Below, piece by piece: positions 1 through 11,877 of a DNA stretch of 64,000 bases. The notes under the pieces are model-generated. The model did not search any database, was not told the DNA's origin, and worked only from the letters and a program-made list of their open reading frames with translations. Position 1 is the stretch's first letter, and the number at the start of each line of letters is the position of its first letter. The stretch comes from Antedon mediterranea. Lineage: Eukaryota > Animalia > Echinodermata. The translations under genes were made by a program, and so were the position numbers. The stretch spans positions 9,176,001 to 9,240,000 of the forward strand of contig NC_092672.1 in assembly GCF_964355755.1 (NCBI RefSeq), in the 5' to 3' direction.

Positions 1-314
1 AAATCTAGATTATTTCCATATTATATTGCTTACTATAATATAATAGGCCTATTGTATTAGTACCAATACGATGTAGTAACTAATGGTATTTATAACTAAA
101 TTCCCTTAAAATAGTATTTATGTAATTCGTTAATTTGTAAGCCGATTTTAAAACATTTGAATATAGGTATTGTAAATACATGTGGAAAGACAATTACGTA
201 TACTACCGGTATAGTGTATTGCTAAGTGGGAAATTCATGAATATTGTAAAGATTGTTTCTTAATCTTAATAAGAACATACACGATTTACGACGACAAATA
301 CTGGAGGATTTATT

Positions 315-465
315 CTTGGTTCCCACTAGGACACAACGCAAGGACGTAAAAGCAACGCAAGGACGTAAGCGCAACGCAAGCGTGTTGATCAATTACAAGC
401 GACAGTTTCAATCCATCGCTTACGTTGCATTATGTCCTTGTGTTGCGTCCCTAGAGGGAACCAAG
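315..465. mobile_element. Short non-autonomous DNA transposon (MITE) with imperfect terminal inverted repeats
   Basis: Left end CTTGGTTCCCACTAGGACACAACGCAAGGAC pairs with right end GTCCTTGTGTTGCGTCCCTAGAGGGAACCAAG; internal GCAACGCAAG repeats; no credible ORF. Confidence 0.7.
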
Positions 466-810
466 CAAGTTACCCCATAAGACTCTTAACGACACAATCC
501 GATAGTTGGTCCTGGTCCTAAGGTCGTCGCATATTAAGCTCACCGTCAAGACTGGTTACACAAAAGGATGAATTTCGTCTTAAAATGTGTTACTACCAGT
601 ATAAAAGCATTGTGTAATTAAAGTCAGATTATGCCATATTATGTACAATTTTGTTTCAAGGTGTTCATAGTAGTCAAGAAAATAGCCGTCATGTACTAGA
701 GTTAAGTTAAAAATAATGATCATTATAAAGATTTTCCAAAATACAATATTGATGTCAGCTGTCAGTCTGTAGTTATTTCGAGGCTTTTTGATGTCTGGGA
801 GTTTACACGT

Positions 811-890
811 TCAAGTAGTACACGTATGAAACGCCATATGTGCAAAAATATTTATCTTTTCACTATAAGTCAAAACTCCGACTGGAACAC
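811..890 (+). repeat. Dispersed repeat fragment with a second, inverted copy at ~15155-15237
   Basis: TCAAGTAGTACACGTATGAAACGCCATATGTGCAAAAATATTTAT...AAAACTCCGACTGGA matches the reverse complement of ~15155-15237 with few substitutions. Confidence 0.75.
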
Positions 891-1310
891 ATACTAGCCT
901 GATAGGTCAGCTGGACCCCGCAACCAATGCTAAACAATTGCATCAGCAGTTTACTGTAGCTATGCAGAATTTACTCCTTATAAGTAGGCTAAATCAAATT
1001 CCTAGGTAAAGCAATTCACCTGATTTCAAATGAACTAATCTACTTCCGCCACTATCAAATGCATAAGAATAAATCCGAGATATACATCTCGCCTAAATGG
1101 ATCCATTGTAGTGAGGTTTTTATTAATCCGTGTACAAATACACCATATATAATATATACGGTAAGTTTATTTTATTATGCCTACATTGGAATGTACATTC
1201 CCAAGAGGATGGGCATAGGCCTACTCTCATCTAAGTGCTACATTTTAATTTATCCTGTGTGCAGGATCAATTGCAAGATGCAGACGCCCAAGTAGGCAGG
1301 CTTACAATAC

Positions 1311-4300
1311 TTACGTACGAATAGTAATTAAATACTCCGGGTACAATTGATCTCTTCTGTAATCGCTGCATTTAGCTATTTTATTAGTATACTTGGTTCC
1401 AGCTTCCTTTACCAGCATACGAACACGAAACAGTTGTTGAATATCTGTTGAAGAATGTTGCGATTCTGCCATACACTTAGAAGCGCTTTTTTTAAAACTG
1501 ATCGGTGGTATTTTTGGATGACTGATATCAAAATTTTGTTGGCAGATTGTGGTTACATCCCTCTCTACTGTTGAAAACCAAATAATAATTTCTTTCAAAT
1601 CCCTGTCTTCGAGTTCAGCCCTCATTTGAGTGCGTTTTCTAGAAAGAAATGCAAGTATTATAATATTGGCCTGTACGGTTTAAAAAAAATGTCAACCCGA
1701 GAAATACATCGAAATGCTTACAGATATGCCTCTTTGTACGAGAATCATGATTGTTTGCACTTTAAAGAACTTAGTACATCTTTCGGGACGGATAGGAGGT
1801 TACCCTGGTGTACTACCGTAGCACACACACCATAGAATTGGCAGCACTGACATGACTTGACCCTTATTTGAGAAGAATGTAGTTGAAAAGTCTAAATTCT
1901 TACATACTTGTAAAAGTCTTCCCATAATTCAAAATTGTGAATCCGTTGAACCTTCAAATCTTTCTTTGGAATCGCATCCAGTTCTTGTTAAATACTATAA
2001 TATTCGTCAGTATCTTGTCCGACCTCAACTAAGCAAACATCTTTATTCAACTCACTGAAGCAGTTATTCCAGGTGGAAGGGAACTTTAGCATTCGATCCT
2101 TAATACCGATCTTCGGATTTGCCATCACCCTTATTCGTTGCCTGAAAAAAAAAACGATAAAACAGTAGGGCGATAACGATCGACGATAAAAGATAAATAT
2201 GCATTTTTCTTACATAAAACAAAAGAATTCAAAACATTTTTCATCCTAGAACTATAGGATTATCATCTTTGCTGCCTTTGATGAAAAGAATATTTCCACA
2301 CGTCCAATCAAATGAAGTCATGATTAGTAAGAGCAATAATATTGTGACAATACAACGATTTCATTGTTTTTATTGATCATGACGTCATTTGATTAGATTT
2401 AAAAAAATATTATTTTTATCAAATACAGCATAAATGATTATCCTATAGTTCTAGAACTAAAAATGTTCTAATTTCTTTTGTTTTATGATAGAAAAATGTA
2501 TGTTTATCTATTTATCGTCGATCGTTATCTAAATGGGCCTTAATTGTGTTGACCGATTCCTTTATATTAAATGATGATAAATACATCGATCGCATTGCTT
2601 CGTATTTAATACTATCACCGGGCGGTTTAGAATTTGTTCTGTGATTGTGGTGTTTGTATATTAAACTAGTATTATACATTTTGTTACAGAATCTAAAATA
2701 ATAATCTAAAATATGTTGTATCAAATCTATCGTACAAAAATTAGATAATCTAATAATAATCTAACAATAATAATAATAATAATACATTTTCGATTTCCAG
2801 TTCTTGTTGTAAACCTCTACGTCACTTGAAGTCACTAGTTGGTGAGGGCGTCGTCGAACAATTCGTTTCTTTCCGTGAATTTGATTGGTCTGTTTCATTT
2901 CTTTAAAGTCGATAACATACTGATGATGTTTAAAAATTGTAAACTTCACAGTAGATTCTCGTTTTCCGGCTAAGAAATATTGATAGCATTCTTCAAGATC
3001 ATCACTGCCAATCTCCGACTCCTTAGTAATAAAAACAACATTAAGAAATTTAGCTGAGCGAGATTTTAGTAGTTAGCAATCTGCAAATAGCCACAGAGGT
3101 CGCGCTATTTACTATTTCAGCCAATATTAAAGATAGATAACTCGAGATTTTAACAAGTTTTTAAATACCCATGGTTTGTTGGTAACTATTACAGTAACTA
3201 AAGTGCATGGCGATAACTTCAACATTGACGACGTCATCGTGCAAACAAACATATAAAGCAAGTAATATAAGCCAACTTGGTATTTTAGTTGTATAATACC
3301 TAACATCTGCAGTTGTTGTTATGTAACAAATGTATAACACATCAATAATGTATATTGTTCAAATAAATTATTATTTGCTAAATAATGCGCATGAATCTAT
3401 TGTTAGCGTTACACTATCGGAAAGAGAGCTATTATTATAATTTCGAATGTCCAGTAAATTATAGCTCCAACTTCCGGGGGGATAATGAGTGATAGGTAGT
3501 TATACTGGAAATACAATATTGCATATATTAAGTTTAAATAAAATATAACCTCTTTTGTATAGGGAATCCATTTATTGTCGTCATCTTTCCAATACCAGAT
3601 CCAATTGGTTGTAAATGGTACGCTGTTTGTTGTGAATACACTTTCTCTTGTTGACAGTCGACGAACAAGGCAATATCCAATCATCATGTCATCAAACTTT
3701 AGTTTTGCCGTGTCTCGACCTTTTTGTTTATCAACAAATCGGTCGCTTTAATGAAAAAATATTTCATTATCATTATTATACATACTAATTGTATTGTATA
3801 TTCTACAGTTGCCTTCATGTAATTAAGTCAGCGTGGTCTGTTGTACCCCTATAGCAACTTTAGTCATTATTTTTAAAAACAATCATGCAGAGCTTCTAAT
3901 CCAAAGCTCAGAAATGATATTCAGTGCTTTAAAATGTTAAAAGTAGCTACAAATGGAAAGTCAATCCTATCAGAAGAATTATTGAAAATAGGCTATATAA
4001 AACTATCGGCGAAGTGCTAAGAGCCCAGCTAAGAGTAGAACAACAAATCTCTAACTGCCTCGCTTTTCTTTTGTTACCACCATTATTGTCAATAATTAGG
4101 TGAATAAAAATAAGTGAAGTAACTTTACCAGTCTTTAAGATTGGTAGACGACTTTCCTGGTTTGCAGTATTCTGTTTCGATGATAACCTGTTCGTCCTGC
4201 CGAAACGATGTCCATTTCGAGCCTTCAGCAAACTGCCACATGTACGGCAGGCTGTGATGGATTTTGTCACAGAACTTCCCAGAATAGCAGTGTCCTCGGA

Positions 4301-7300
4301 TGAAATAAGAGCATATCTCAGATTTACGAATCTCGTCAGATGATGCAGTGCATTCGTCCTCTTCGCTCTCTGCCACTTCTATATCTAATTCATTTCTGAC
4401 GTCATATAGAACCGATTCAGGATCCTGATCCGTATCTATTCCCACTCTATCTAAGACATCTTCGCAATTCTCGCCCAGTATGTCATGGTTTAACTTGCAA
4501 TCTTCGCCGTATTTGCATTTTCCTTCCATGTGAAACCTTTTGTACAAAGCATAGCTTAATTTATTTCTGCCTAAGATATACACATTATTACAGGTAGAAG
4601 CATCTTCAAGAACTAAGCACCTGTATAAAGTTATGGGGAAAGAAAGGACCAAGTACATTTGAAGCTTACGATTGCTTAATCTGATCACAATACAAGGTTT
4701 CCGACTGGCAAAGCGACAAGAATGTGTGTATAAGGTATGGGATTAACATTATTTTTTATAGTATTAGGTATATAGCGTTTTTAGAAATCCTACTACATTG
4801 AGCAAGTATGTTCATCTAATTAGCAAACCAACTTCGAAATTGATTTGGGAGTAAAAAAATAGGCAAACACAAGCCTCGTACCTGCAAAAGTGTAAGTATT
4901 GACACTGATCTGCGTTACAAGTTGTTGCCATTTTGTTGTAAAAAACACATATGTCCAGTGTTTTTCTTCCAGCAGCCTTTTTCTGTACATGAGCATGTTG
5001 AGTTGTTGCCGTGTATTCGTCCTCGTCGCTTTCTGTCACCTCTATATCCAATCGACTTCTAACTTCACAAAGAATCGATTCAGGATCCTGTTCCGTATCT
5101 ATAGCAAATTTATCTAGGACAACTTCACAATTCTCGCCCAGTATGTCATGGTTGAATTTACAATCTTCGCCGTACTTGCATTTGCCTTGCATGTGGAACC
5201 TTTTGTATAAAACATAGTGTTATTCTAATACATTATTTATATTTATTTAAATTCCAGTGTTTGACGAGTATACCTTTAAGAAGGAGTAAAACTTAATTAA
5301 GGGGTGGTTTATCTTAAAAGCGTAAACGTATTGTTTGTCATTTATAGTTTCCTTCCTCTTTTGCTGTCGATCCGAACCGAAATCGGGTTTGTGTGAATCT
5401 GACCAATCAGTTTGTGTGAATCTGATGAAAATAAGAAAATTAGATTACACTAGAGGGTGAGCGCGCTTCGCTCACTCCCCCTCTAGAAAGTGTAGACGAT
5501 GGTTCTCGGAATTATATTTTCTTCTTGTATGTTTTCTATCGGTTACCATAATTGAAAATGCTTGACATTCGTAAAACTAAACTACTCTGTTTTACAGTGT
5601 CTTAGATGATTAATAACATTTTAAAGTATAGTGTTTATTGTTTGTTAGGGCCCTTATAGGGCGAAGGTCGGGAGGCGGAGTTCAATTGAGGGAGGTGCTT
5701 ATTCGAGGGATATGTTACATTTTTTAGTTTTAATAATATGGTAACATTTCTAATCAAATAAAATTCTCTAATATATATGAAAAGTGGTAAAAAAGAATAA
5801 CAAATGCTTGGTAAATTGTAGATAACAGTGCGATGAATTCTACTACAAATAATATATTTGGGGTTATTATTCAAAGTGATGTTTTATTTTTATTGGAGAG
5901 GCGTTTATTCAAATAAATACTATCCTAATAATTAATACATTATTTATTAACATCTTTTGAAACTAACTTCCGTGACAGATCGGGCCGTTTCGGCCCAAAG
6001 AAAGAAGACATTACGGCTTGCAACATGGGCAGACATCTCGGTCCTAACGGGACACAGATAGCCTACAGTTATTCCTGTCATCTTACTCAATAAAACTTGG
6101 CTATCGGGATTTCACTCGATTTTAAACAAAATATTTTATCATCAAATCTCCCTATGTAATTTTATAATACTATTCCCCACAATATATTCCGATTCTTTAT
6201 GGCGTATATTTAATTTGATCGCGGTCCGTTTCTAAAATAAACTGAAATGGCTATAGCCACTAATGGCCAACTTAAACTCCAGTCCTACTATCGTTTTTTT
6301 TCTTCCGTCTTCCAAAGGGACACTGTATTGATTGATGGAAAGTGCCTGTTTTCAGTCACCTTTAGGGTCAAATCTATTATTTCAACTGCTCCCTTGTGTA
6401 TAAAAGAGAGAAAATAGTTGAAACCAGGTAAACTTATCGTGAACCCGGAAATTACTTTGAAATTGAGTTGAAAATCTACTGTTGAAATCATAAATTTGGT
6501 TAAAAAACTCTTTATAATATCTTCCAAATATGGAACAATAGCGTCGAACTGAAAACTAATGTTATCAAATCTACGTTTCGCGGTACATCTGAGATAGATA
6601 AGGTAGGTATCCAAGGCGGAGATTTATACCAAAGTTTGCATTGTGCTCGCCTATATGTCAGAATTAACAATAATTTATATATAGATACCTGCAGAAGTGT
6701 AAGTATTTACACTGATATTTATCTCTACAACTAGTTGCCCCTTTGTTGTAAAACCCACATACGTCCAGTTTTCCTCTTTCAGTTTCCTTCTTCTGTAAGT
6801 GAGCATGTTGAGTCTCGTCTGTTGATGCCGTACATTCGTCCTCTTCGCTGTCTGTCACCTCTATACCTAATCGACTCCTAACTTCACAAAGAATCGATTC
6901 AAGAGGCTTCTTCGTGTCTACTCCAACTCTAGCTAAGACAACTTCACAATTCTCGCCCAGTATGTCATGGTTTAATTTGCAACCTTCGTCGTATTTGCAT
7001 TTTCCTTGCATGTACAACCTTTCAGACAAAACATGCATTTCATTTATACATAAATTATTTCATTTTATTTGATCTCATCCCATAATTTATTTCAGTTATA
7101 ATTTTATTTTTATGAAAATGTTTATTAGAGAGAAAGAGTTAAACGGTTATTATTAAGCCTTCTATGCACCATTGTAGTCGGTCCGTTTACTTCCTTTATC
7201 CCTGATTCGTAAAAAATACGTGATAGTAAATACATTTGTATAATTTGTAATATATTTAAATTGTACGCAGTCTTCAATAAAACAGCTATAATAAGAGAAT

Positions 7301-8295
7301 AGATATTCACAGTCATGATGCAACTTCATGTGTAACTTCGTGTGTTCTTACTTAAACATTTAAAAGTCTAGTTGTTGATTTTATAGGATTAGGCGACATA
7401 GAGTAGGCATACATACATACCTGCAGAAATGTAAGTATTGACACCGAACCTTATCTTTACATGTTTTTTTTGTGTCGTAAAATTCGCATAAGTCTAGTTT
7501 TCTTGCAAACTTCTCTTGTAAGCGACTATACAGATTCGTTGGCTTAACATCATCTAGAAACAGTCTTTTCACAATTGGTAAGTTGTGCTTAGAATATATG
7601 TCATGTGGGAACTTGCACGGATTTTTGCTGCATACTCCCACTGAAATAAAGCAAATTAAGGTAGATTTTTTTTTTCATTATTCATAAAAGTAAGATAACA
7701 CAGAATTTAGCTTTATTGGAGTTTTCCGGAACAATAAAATTAATTCAAATAATAGCCCCTAGTAGGCTATAAAATATTTTCCCCCTTTTTGTCCATGCCG
7801 TTTACGGTCTATATCCTTATTAATCCTTTAGAGACTCGGATAAAGCATCGCGTGCGGCACACACATAAGTGGTAATACATACGTAACATATCCTACCTGA
7901 ATTATCCTACACTTACCTCCAGATATAAAATATTTGCATAGATGTATGGCCTCACAATTTCCGCCGTTACTGCAAATTTGCTTTTTTGTATTAAACATCT
8001 CTGTGCATAATTCAACATTAAATAGAACTGTGCACATATTCATTCCGCCGTTACAATTGACTTGCACAAGGCCTGGGTAATCCATGAATAAATTTCGAAG
8101 GTGGCAGCCATTTATCCGAATTCTCCTTTGATGAAGCAACCCGACGATGAGATCATCTATACTCATCGGTCTGTTAATCGAGCATAGGACGTGCATTACT
8201 GAACGTAGAATATTGATTTCCATCTCAGTTGGACCCAATTTTACGGGGAAAACTGCGGCGAGTTGTGGTGGACATTTCTTCCTCCTACCAGCCAT
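1311..8295 (-). CDS. PARP12: PARP12/ZAP(PARP13)-like protein: 9 CCCH zinc fingers, 2 WWE domains, degenerate PARP domain; in-frame TAA at 1988-1990
   Basis: Phase-consistent GT-AG exons: 8295-7917, 7640-7421, 7018-6689, 5199-4882, 4536-4129, 3745-3550, 3021-2786, 2141-1908, 1638-1311 (2649 nt). CCCH motifs include CKYFISGVGVCSKNPCKFPH and CSYFIRGHCYSGKFCDKIH. WWE motifs: LPYMWQF..VRRLST and FTTNWIWYWKDDDNKWIPY..IDFKEMKQTN..RIVRRRP. PARP-fold remnants: QRIHNFELW, ICQQNFD, QLYPEYLI. The symbol is family-level; orthology was not tested. Confidence 0.85.
2172..2529. mobile_element. Foldback MITE (nearly whole element is an inverted repeat) in intron 7 of the PARP12-like gene
   Basis: GATAACGATCGACGATAAA...CTAGAACTATAGGAT...AATCAAATGAAGTCATGAT is mirrored by ATCATGACGTCATTTGATT...ATCCTATAGTTCTAG...TTTATCGTCGATCGTTATC. 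Confidence 0.85.
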
Positions 8296-8382
8296 GATGA
8301 TGATACAGTATGTCTACAACTTACAATTGTTGACGCCCGGCCCCCTAGTACGTTATTGTTGTTGACAATTTGTTGCCGATTC

Positions 8383-8419
8383 TGGAAATTCCGTACAACT
8401 GAGAATTAGGGGAATCCCC
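8383..8419 (-). promoter_or_regulatory. Two NF-kB (Rel) binding sites upstream of the PARP12/ZAP-like start codon
   Basis: Minus strand GGGGATTCCCC (8419-8409) fits the GGGRNWYYCC consensus. GGAATTTCCA (8392-8383) is a second kB-like site. They lie about 90-125 bp upstream of the ATG at 8295. Confidence 0.65.
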
Positions 8420-9809
8420 GAAGACTAAATTACAGTGCGCCCTCAACTACAAATGTCAAAACAAATTTATTGTAATGACATTTGTTACAGTTGAGAGTAT
8501 TTAAGCTCAGGTACAGGCATGAATTTTAAATATAATATTTGGTTAATTGTACATAAATCAAATATTTGTAACAGAAATCAAGACAAAAAAACATGAATTT
8601 CTCTTAATATGGTCAAATACAAAATTTGGCCAAATTCTTCCATAAAAACCAGGAAGACTTTTTTTCAGTAGTTAGGTAGTTAACCTAATGTAATAACATG
8701 TCCTTGTCAGGTGACTCCCGGCCCTAGACGGTGAAAAAAGGTGATGGATATACGATGGATAATTTTTGCTATAGCATGAAAATAAAAATCTGAAGTTGAA
8801 TAAAAATATCAGAAATGTAATATTCAAGTTATATTACCTATATTTAGTCATCTGATAACTTTTTTACCACACTGTTTATTTTTCATAGCTTTTTAAAATG
8901 CCTCTCTATTTACAAAATTTGTGTATAAAAGAATAGAGATTTTACTGTGTAATTTGAACTATCCCCCCACTGATAAGAAAGTGCTTATTTTTAACAAGCT
9001 TGTGTAACACAAATAAAATCCCAAAAATTATGAAACATAGGGGAAACTATAGATCGATAATTATTGGAATGTATGATCAATAGAAATGTTTTGCCCGCAC
9101 ATGGCCTTTAAAATACAATGCAAATTATTGGGTGAATCCATAAAAGATCAGGAGGGGTGTTTTTTTGTTTTTTTTTATATTCAATTTAATAAATACATTT
9201 AGAAAATATATTTTAATGTCCAAAATTACCCTTCTTAACACTTTAATGTTAATGTTGTGAAAAAAACTCCTTGGATAGTAATAAAATAAACTTTAAAGAT
9301 TTTAAAAGATTAAAGATATTGTCCCCCTAAAAAAATATATATATTTTTTTTTTAATATGCCATTTTACTTTCACATAATAGTTTGACGAAAAATTTGATA
9401 AAAAAACAAATTATTTACCTGAAAAAATGTAATTTAAAGCAAAACATTCTTTCAATTGTCAGACAATGGTTTTTGGTTAGAATTAAATGTTTCATTTGTC
9501 TTTTTGTAAGTGAACTAATTATTTCTTTTAGGGTTTTTTTTTATTACAGAAGTGAATATATTAAAACTACAAAATGGCCTATTTAAATTCTGATTTTATT
9601 AATCTTCATTTTTCATGTTTTTGGGGCACAATGCATCTTTAAACAATCTTAAATCTCTTTAATCTTTTATACAATACAAATTTATTAGGATACTATACAC
9701 TGTTTTATGGAATGTTCAACGTATGATGTATTTTATTAATTGTTCACTTATAAGCCAGAAGAGTGTGATTAAATAAATAAATAAAAAAAAAAAGTATTTC
9801 ATATAAAGT

Positions 9810-11525
9810 TCAAGAACCTTTTTTAAAAATATTAAAAATGTTTCTAAATGCTTTTCCAACGATAGAGCTAGTAAAGTAACTTGTTTCTTCTCCTTTCCAT
9901 AGCCCTTTTCTCTTTTTTTCGGCATACATTTCAGCTTGTAAAAGCCTTTGCATAAGTCTCAATGTAAAGGCATCACTCGAGTGTCCCATTAGCGGTACTA
10001 CTTTGCCATAACCACGATGTAAAATTTCTTCATTTAGATTGAAGACTTTGAACATTGACTAAAATGTAAAGTCAAAAAGAAAATAATGAATAGGATGATA
10101 GGTCAAAAGAGATGAAATATGAATCCAAGAATTTCACTCACCCCTTTCTCAACATTTTAGATTTTTAAAATTTTTTTTTATATAATCAATCAGTAATTAA
10201 TTCAGTAAAATATCTTACTTTCCTGGTGGATACAGTGCAGTTAATTCCATCATGACCTTTGAACTGGATCAACCTAAACCATACTTGTTTTTTAAGTGCC
10301 TGCTCTTCCAGGAATTGAACACCCTCTTTGTTGTATTCTACACCAGCTAAATGAATCTTGAGAGGCTTAGGAACTGCAATAGAAAATAGCAATATTAACA
10401 TGACAGTATAATAGTCTATGGAAAATGTAAGATTTATATTATTGTTTTAGACCCCATATCGGCCATTCAACTGTTATAGTGATTTAATAGATGCACTGAT
10501 TACGTTAATAATAATTCATGATGATCAAATAAAGATTGAAATGTCAAATCATGGCATCCCTCTCAGATCGTACTGTATACAGTGTATTTGTTAGTATGGG
10601 GAAAACCCTCGATTAGCAAAATAATTTTTTTTTTGCTCCAATTTACCATTGGTGAATAAAGAATAATAGAAAATAATTTGTAAATAACATTTTTTAAGTT
10701 TAAATGAGATACAGACAAGATAGGATAGTAATCATCTTTACCTGTTGATTTTGTTAATGAAATAATTGGTTTGTGGTCAACCAAAAGGTGATCATTATGA
10801 ACTGACTGCACTTGACCTCTCAACTTAAAATGTTTTTGAATAAATTCATTAGGAACTTGAGAAACACAGGTAAAACGCTTGTGCTGTTGAAGAAAAACCA
10901 AAATATTCAACATTCAAGTTTGTAAAATGACGTATCAAAAATGTTTAATGATGAAACAATGACAAGACAATGTATTTTGTAATGTAGAACAATATGATGA
11001 TGAGCAAAAATTCAATACAGAAGAGAAATAGATACCTACTACTCTTATACTGTATAATATAACACAAATTCCAATTCCACCACAAAAATATATTGAATAC
11101 TGAAAATAGAAGGAGGTGGTTATTTATATTACACTAAAATAAAAAAGTATGTGTACTGTAGACATTGTGTGAGTTAGCTAGCTACTACCAGGCCTACACT
11201 ACAGTATATTACTACTAGGCCCGGGCTAGAAACTACTAGCTAGGCGCGCCTAGCCTAGTTAGTAGGCCCTCCTCTAGCTAGTAGGCCTAGGGCGGCCTAG
11301 GTAGGCCTAGTACTAGTAGGCTAGTAGTAGGCTACACTACATAACATATGATAATTCTGATATACTGTACTACTATTGCCAGACTAGTAGGTAAAATAAC
11401 TGAATCAAAATAATATAAAATACATTAATAGTTGTAATATGTTTGTCTATAAAAAGTGATAATCTATGGAGAAAATCGTTCCCATCGTATTCGTTTGCTC
11501 CTCCTCTACCTCCGTGTGGTGACAT
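9810..11525 (-). CDS. C3orf33: C3orf33-like protein (N-terminal hydrophobic segment plus SNase-like domain)
   Basis: Exons 11525-11424, 11099-11040, 10883-10742, 10373-10219, 10058-9810, with consistent phases. Motifs FTCVSQVPNEFIQKHFKLRG, IHLAGVE, VWFRLI, NLNEEILHRGYGKV and LLQAEMYAEKKRKGLWK match the C3orf33 family as I recall it. Confidence 0.85.
11175..11392. repeat. CTAG/TAGGCCTA-rich low-complexity tract in the first intron of C3orf33
   Basis: Dense irregular CTAG, TAGGCCTA and TAGTA words with no fixed period. Confidence 0.8.
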
Positions 11526-11694
11526 TATTGTATTTATTTTGTTAGTGTTTTTCCAGACGTATATGTGCGTACGCAGTAATAATCAAAATAATAACACGAT
11601 GTTACGTCTGGGTACTTCAACGCCTAACTCATAAATATTTATGATTAAATGAAGGGGAAGTAATGGCGGACATCGGGTCGTCGCTAAGGTAAAC
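11526..11694. promoter_or_regulatory. Compact bidirectional promoter for C3orf33/CEP104, with a probable non-coding first exon of CEP104
   Basis: Divergent genes. CpG-containing patch with GGAAGT (ETS), AATGGCGG (YY1-like) and GTCGCTAAGGTAAAC (X-box-like). Donor AAG|GTAAAC at 11688/11689 and acceptor ttttag ending at 12344, upstream of the ATG at 12392. Confidence 0.6.
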
Positions 11695-11877
11695 GATTGA
11701 TTGTTTTGATAGAAAGAAACAACGAATAAGTTGATGATTATAGATTGTACATCGAAATAATAACCTGTAAGTATAAAGGTTTAATGCTGGTTTGTTTAAG
11801 AATATTAATGTATGCGTACACAGTACCATTATGGTCGAAAACTGTCTTTCAAACTGCCAAATAAGTCTGGCTGGGGA

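Noticed and set aside
253-480. 75-aa ORF at the window start
   Set aside because: It runs through the MITE at 315-465 and has no domain signal.
4899-5217. Plus-strand ORFs overlapping PARP12-like exon 4, and similar antisense ORFs over CEP104, KIF1 and the LRR gene
   Set aside because: They are shadow frames of real exons on the opposite strand.
6288-6614. 108-aa ORF inside intron 3 of the PARP12-like gene
   Set aside because: No recognisable domain, non-ATG start, and not needed for the phase-consistent gene model.
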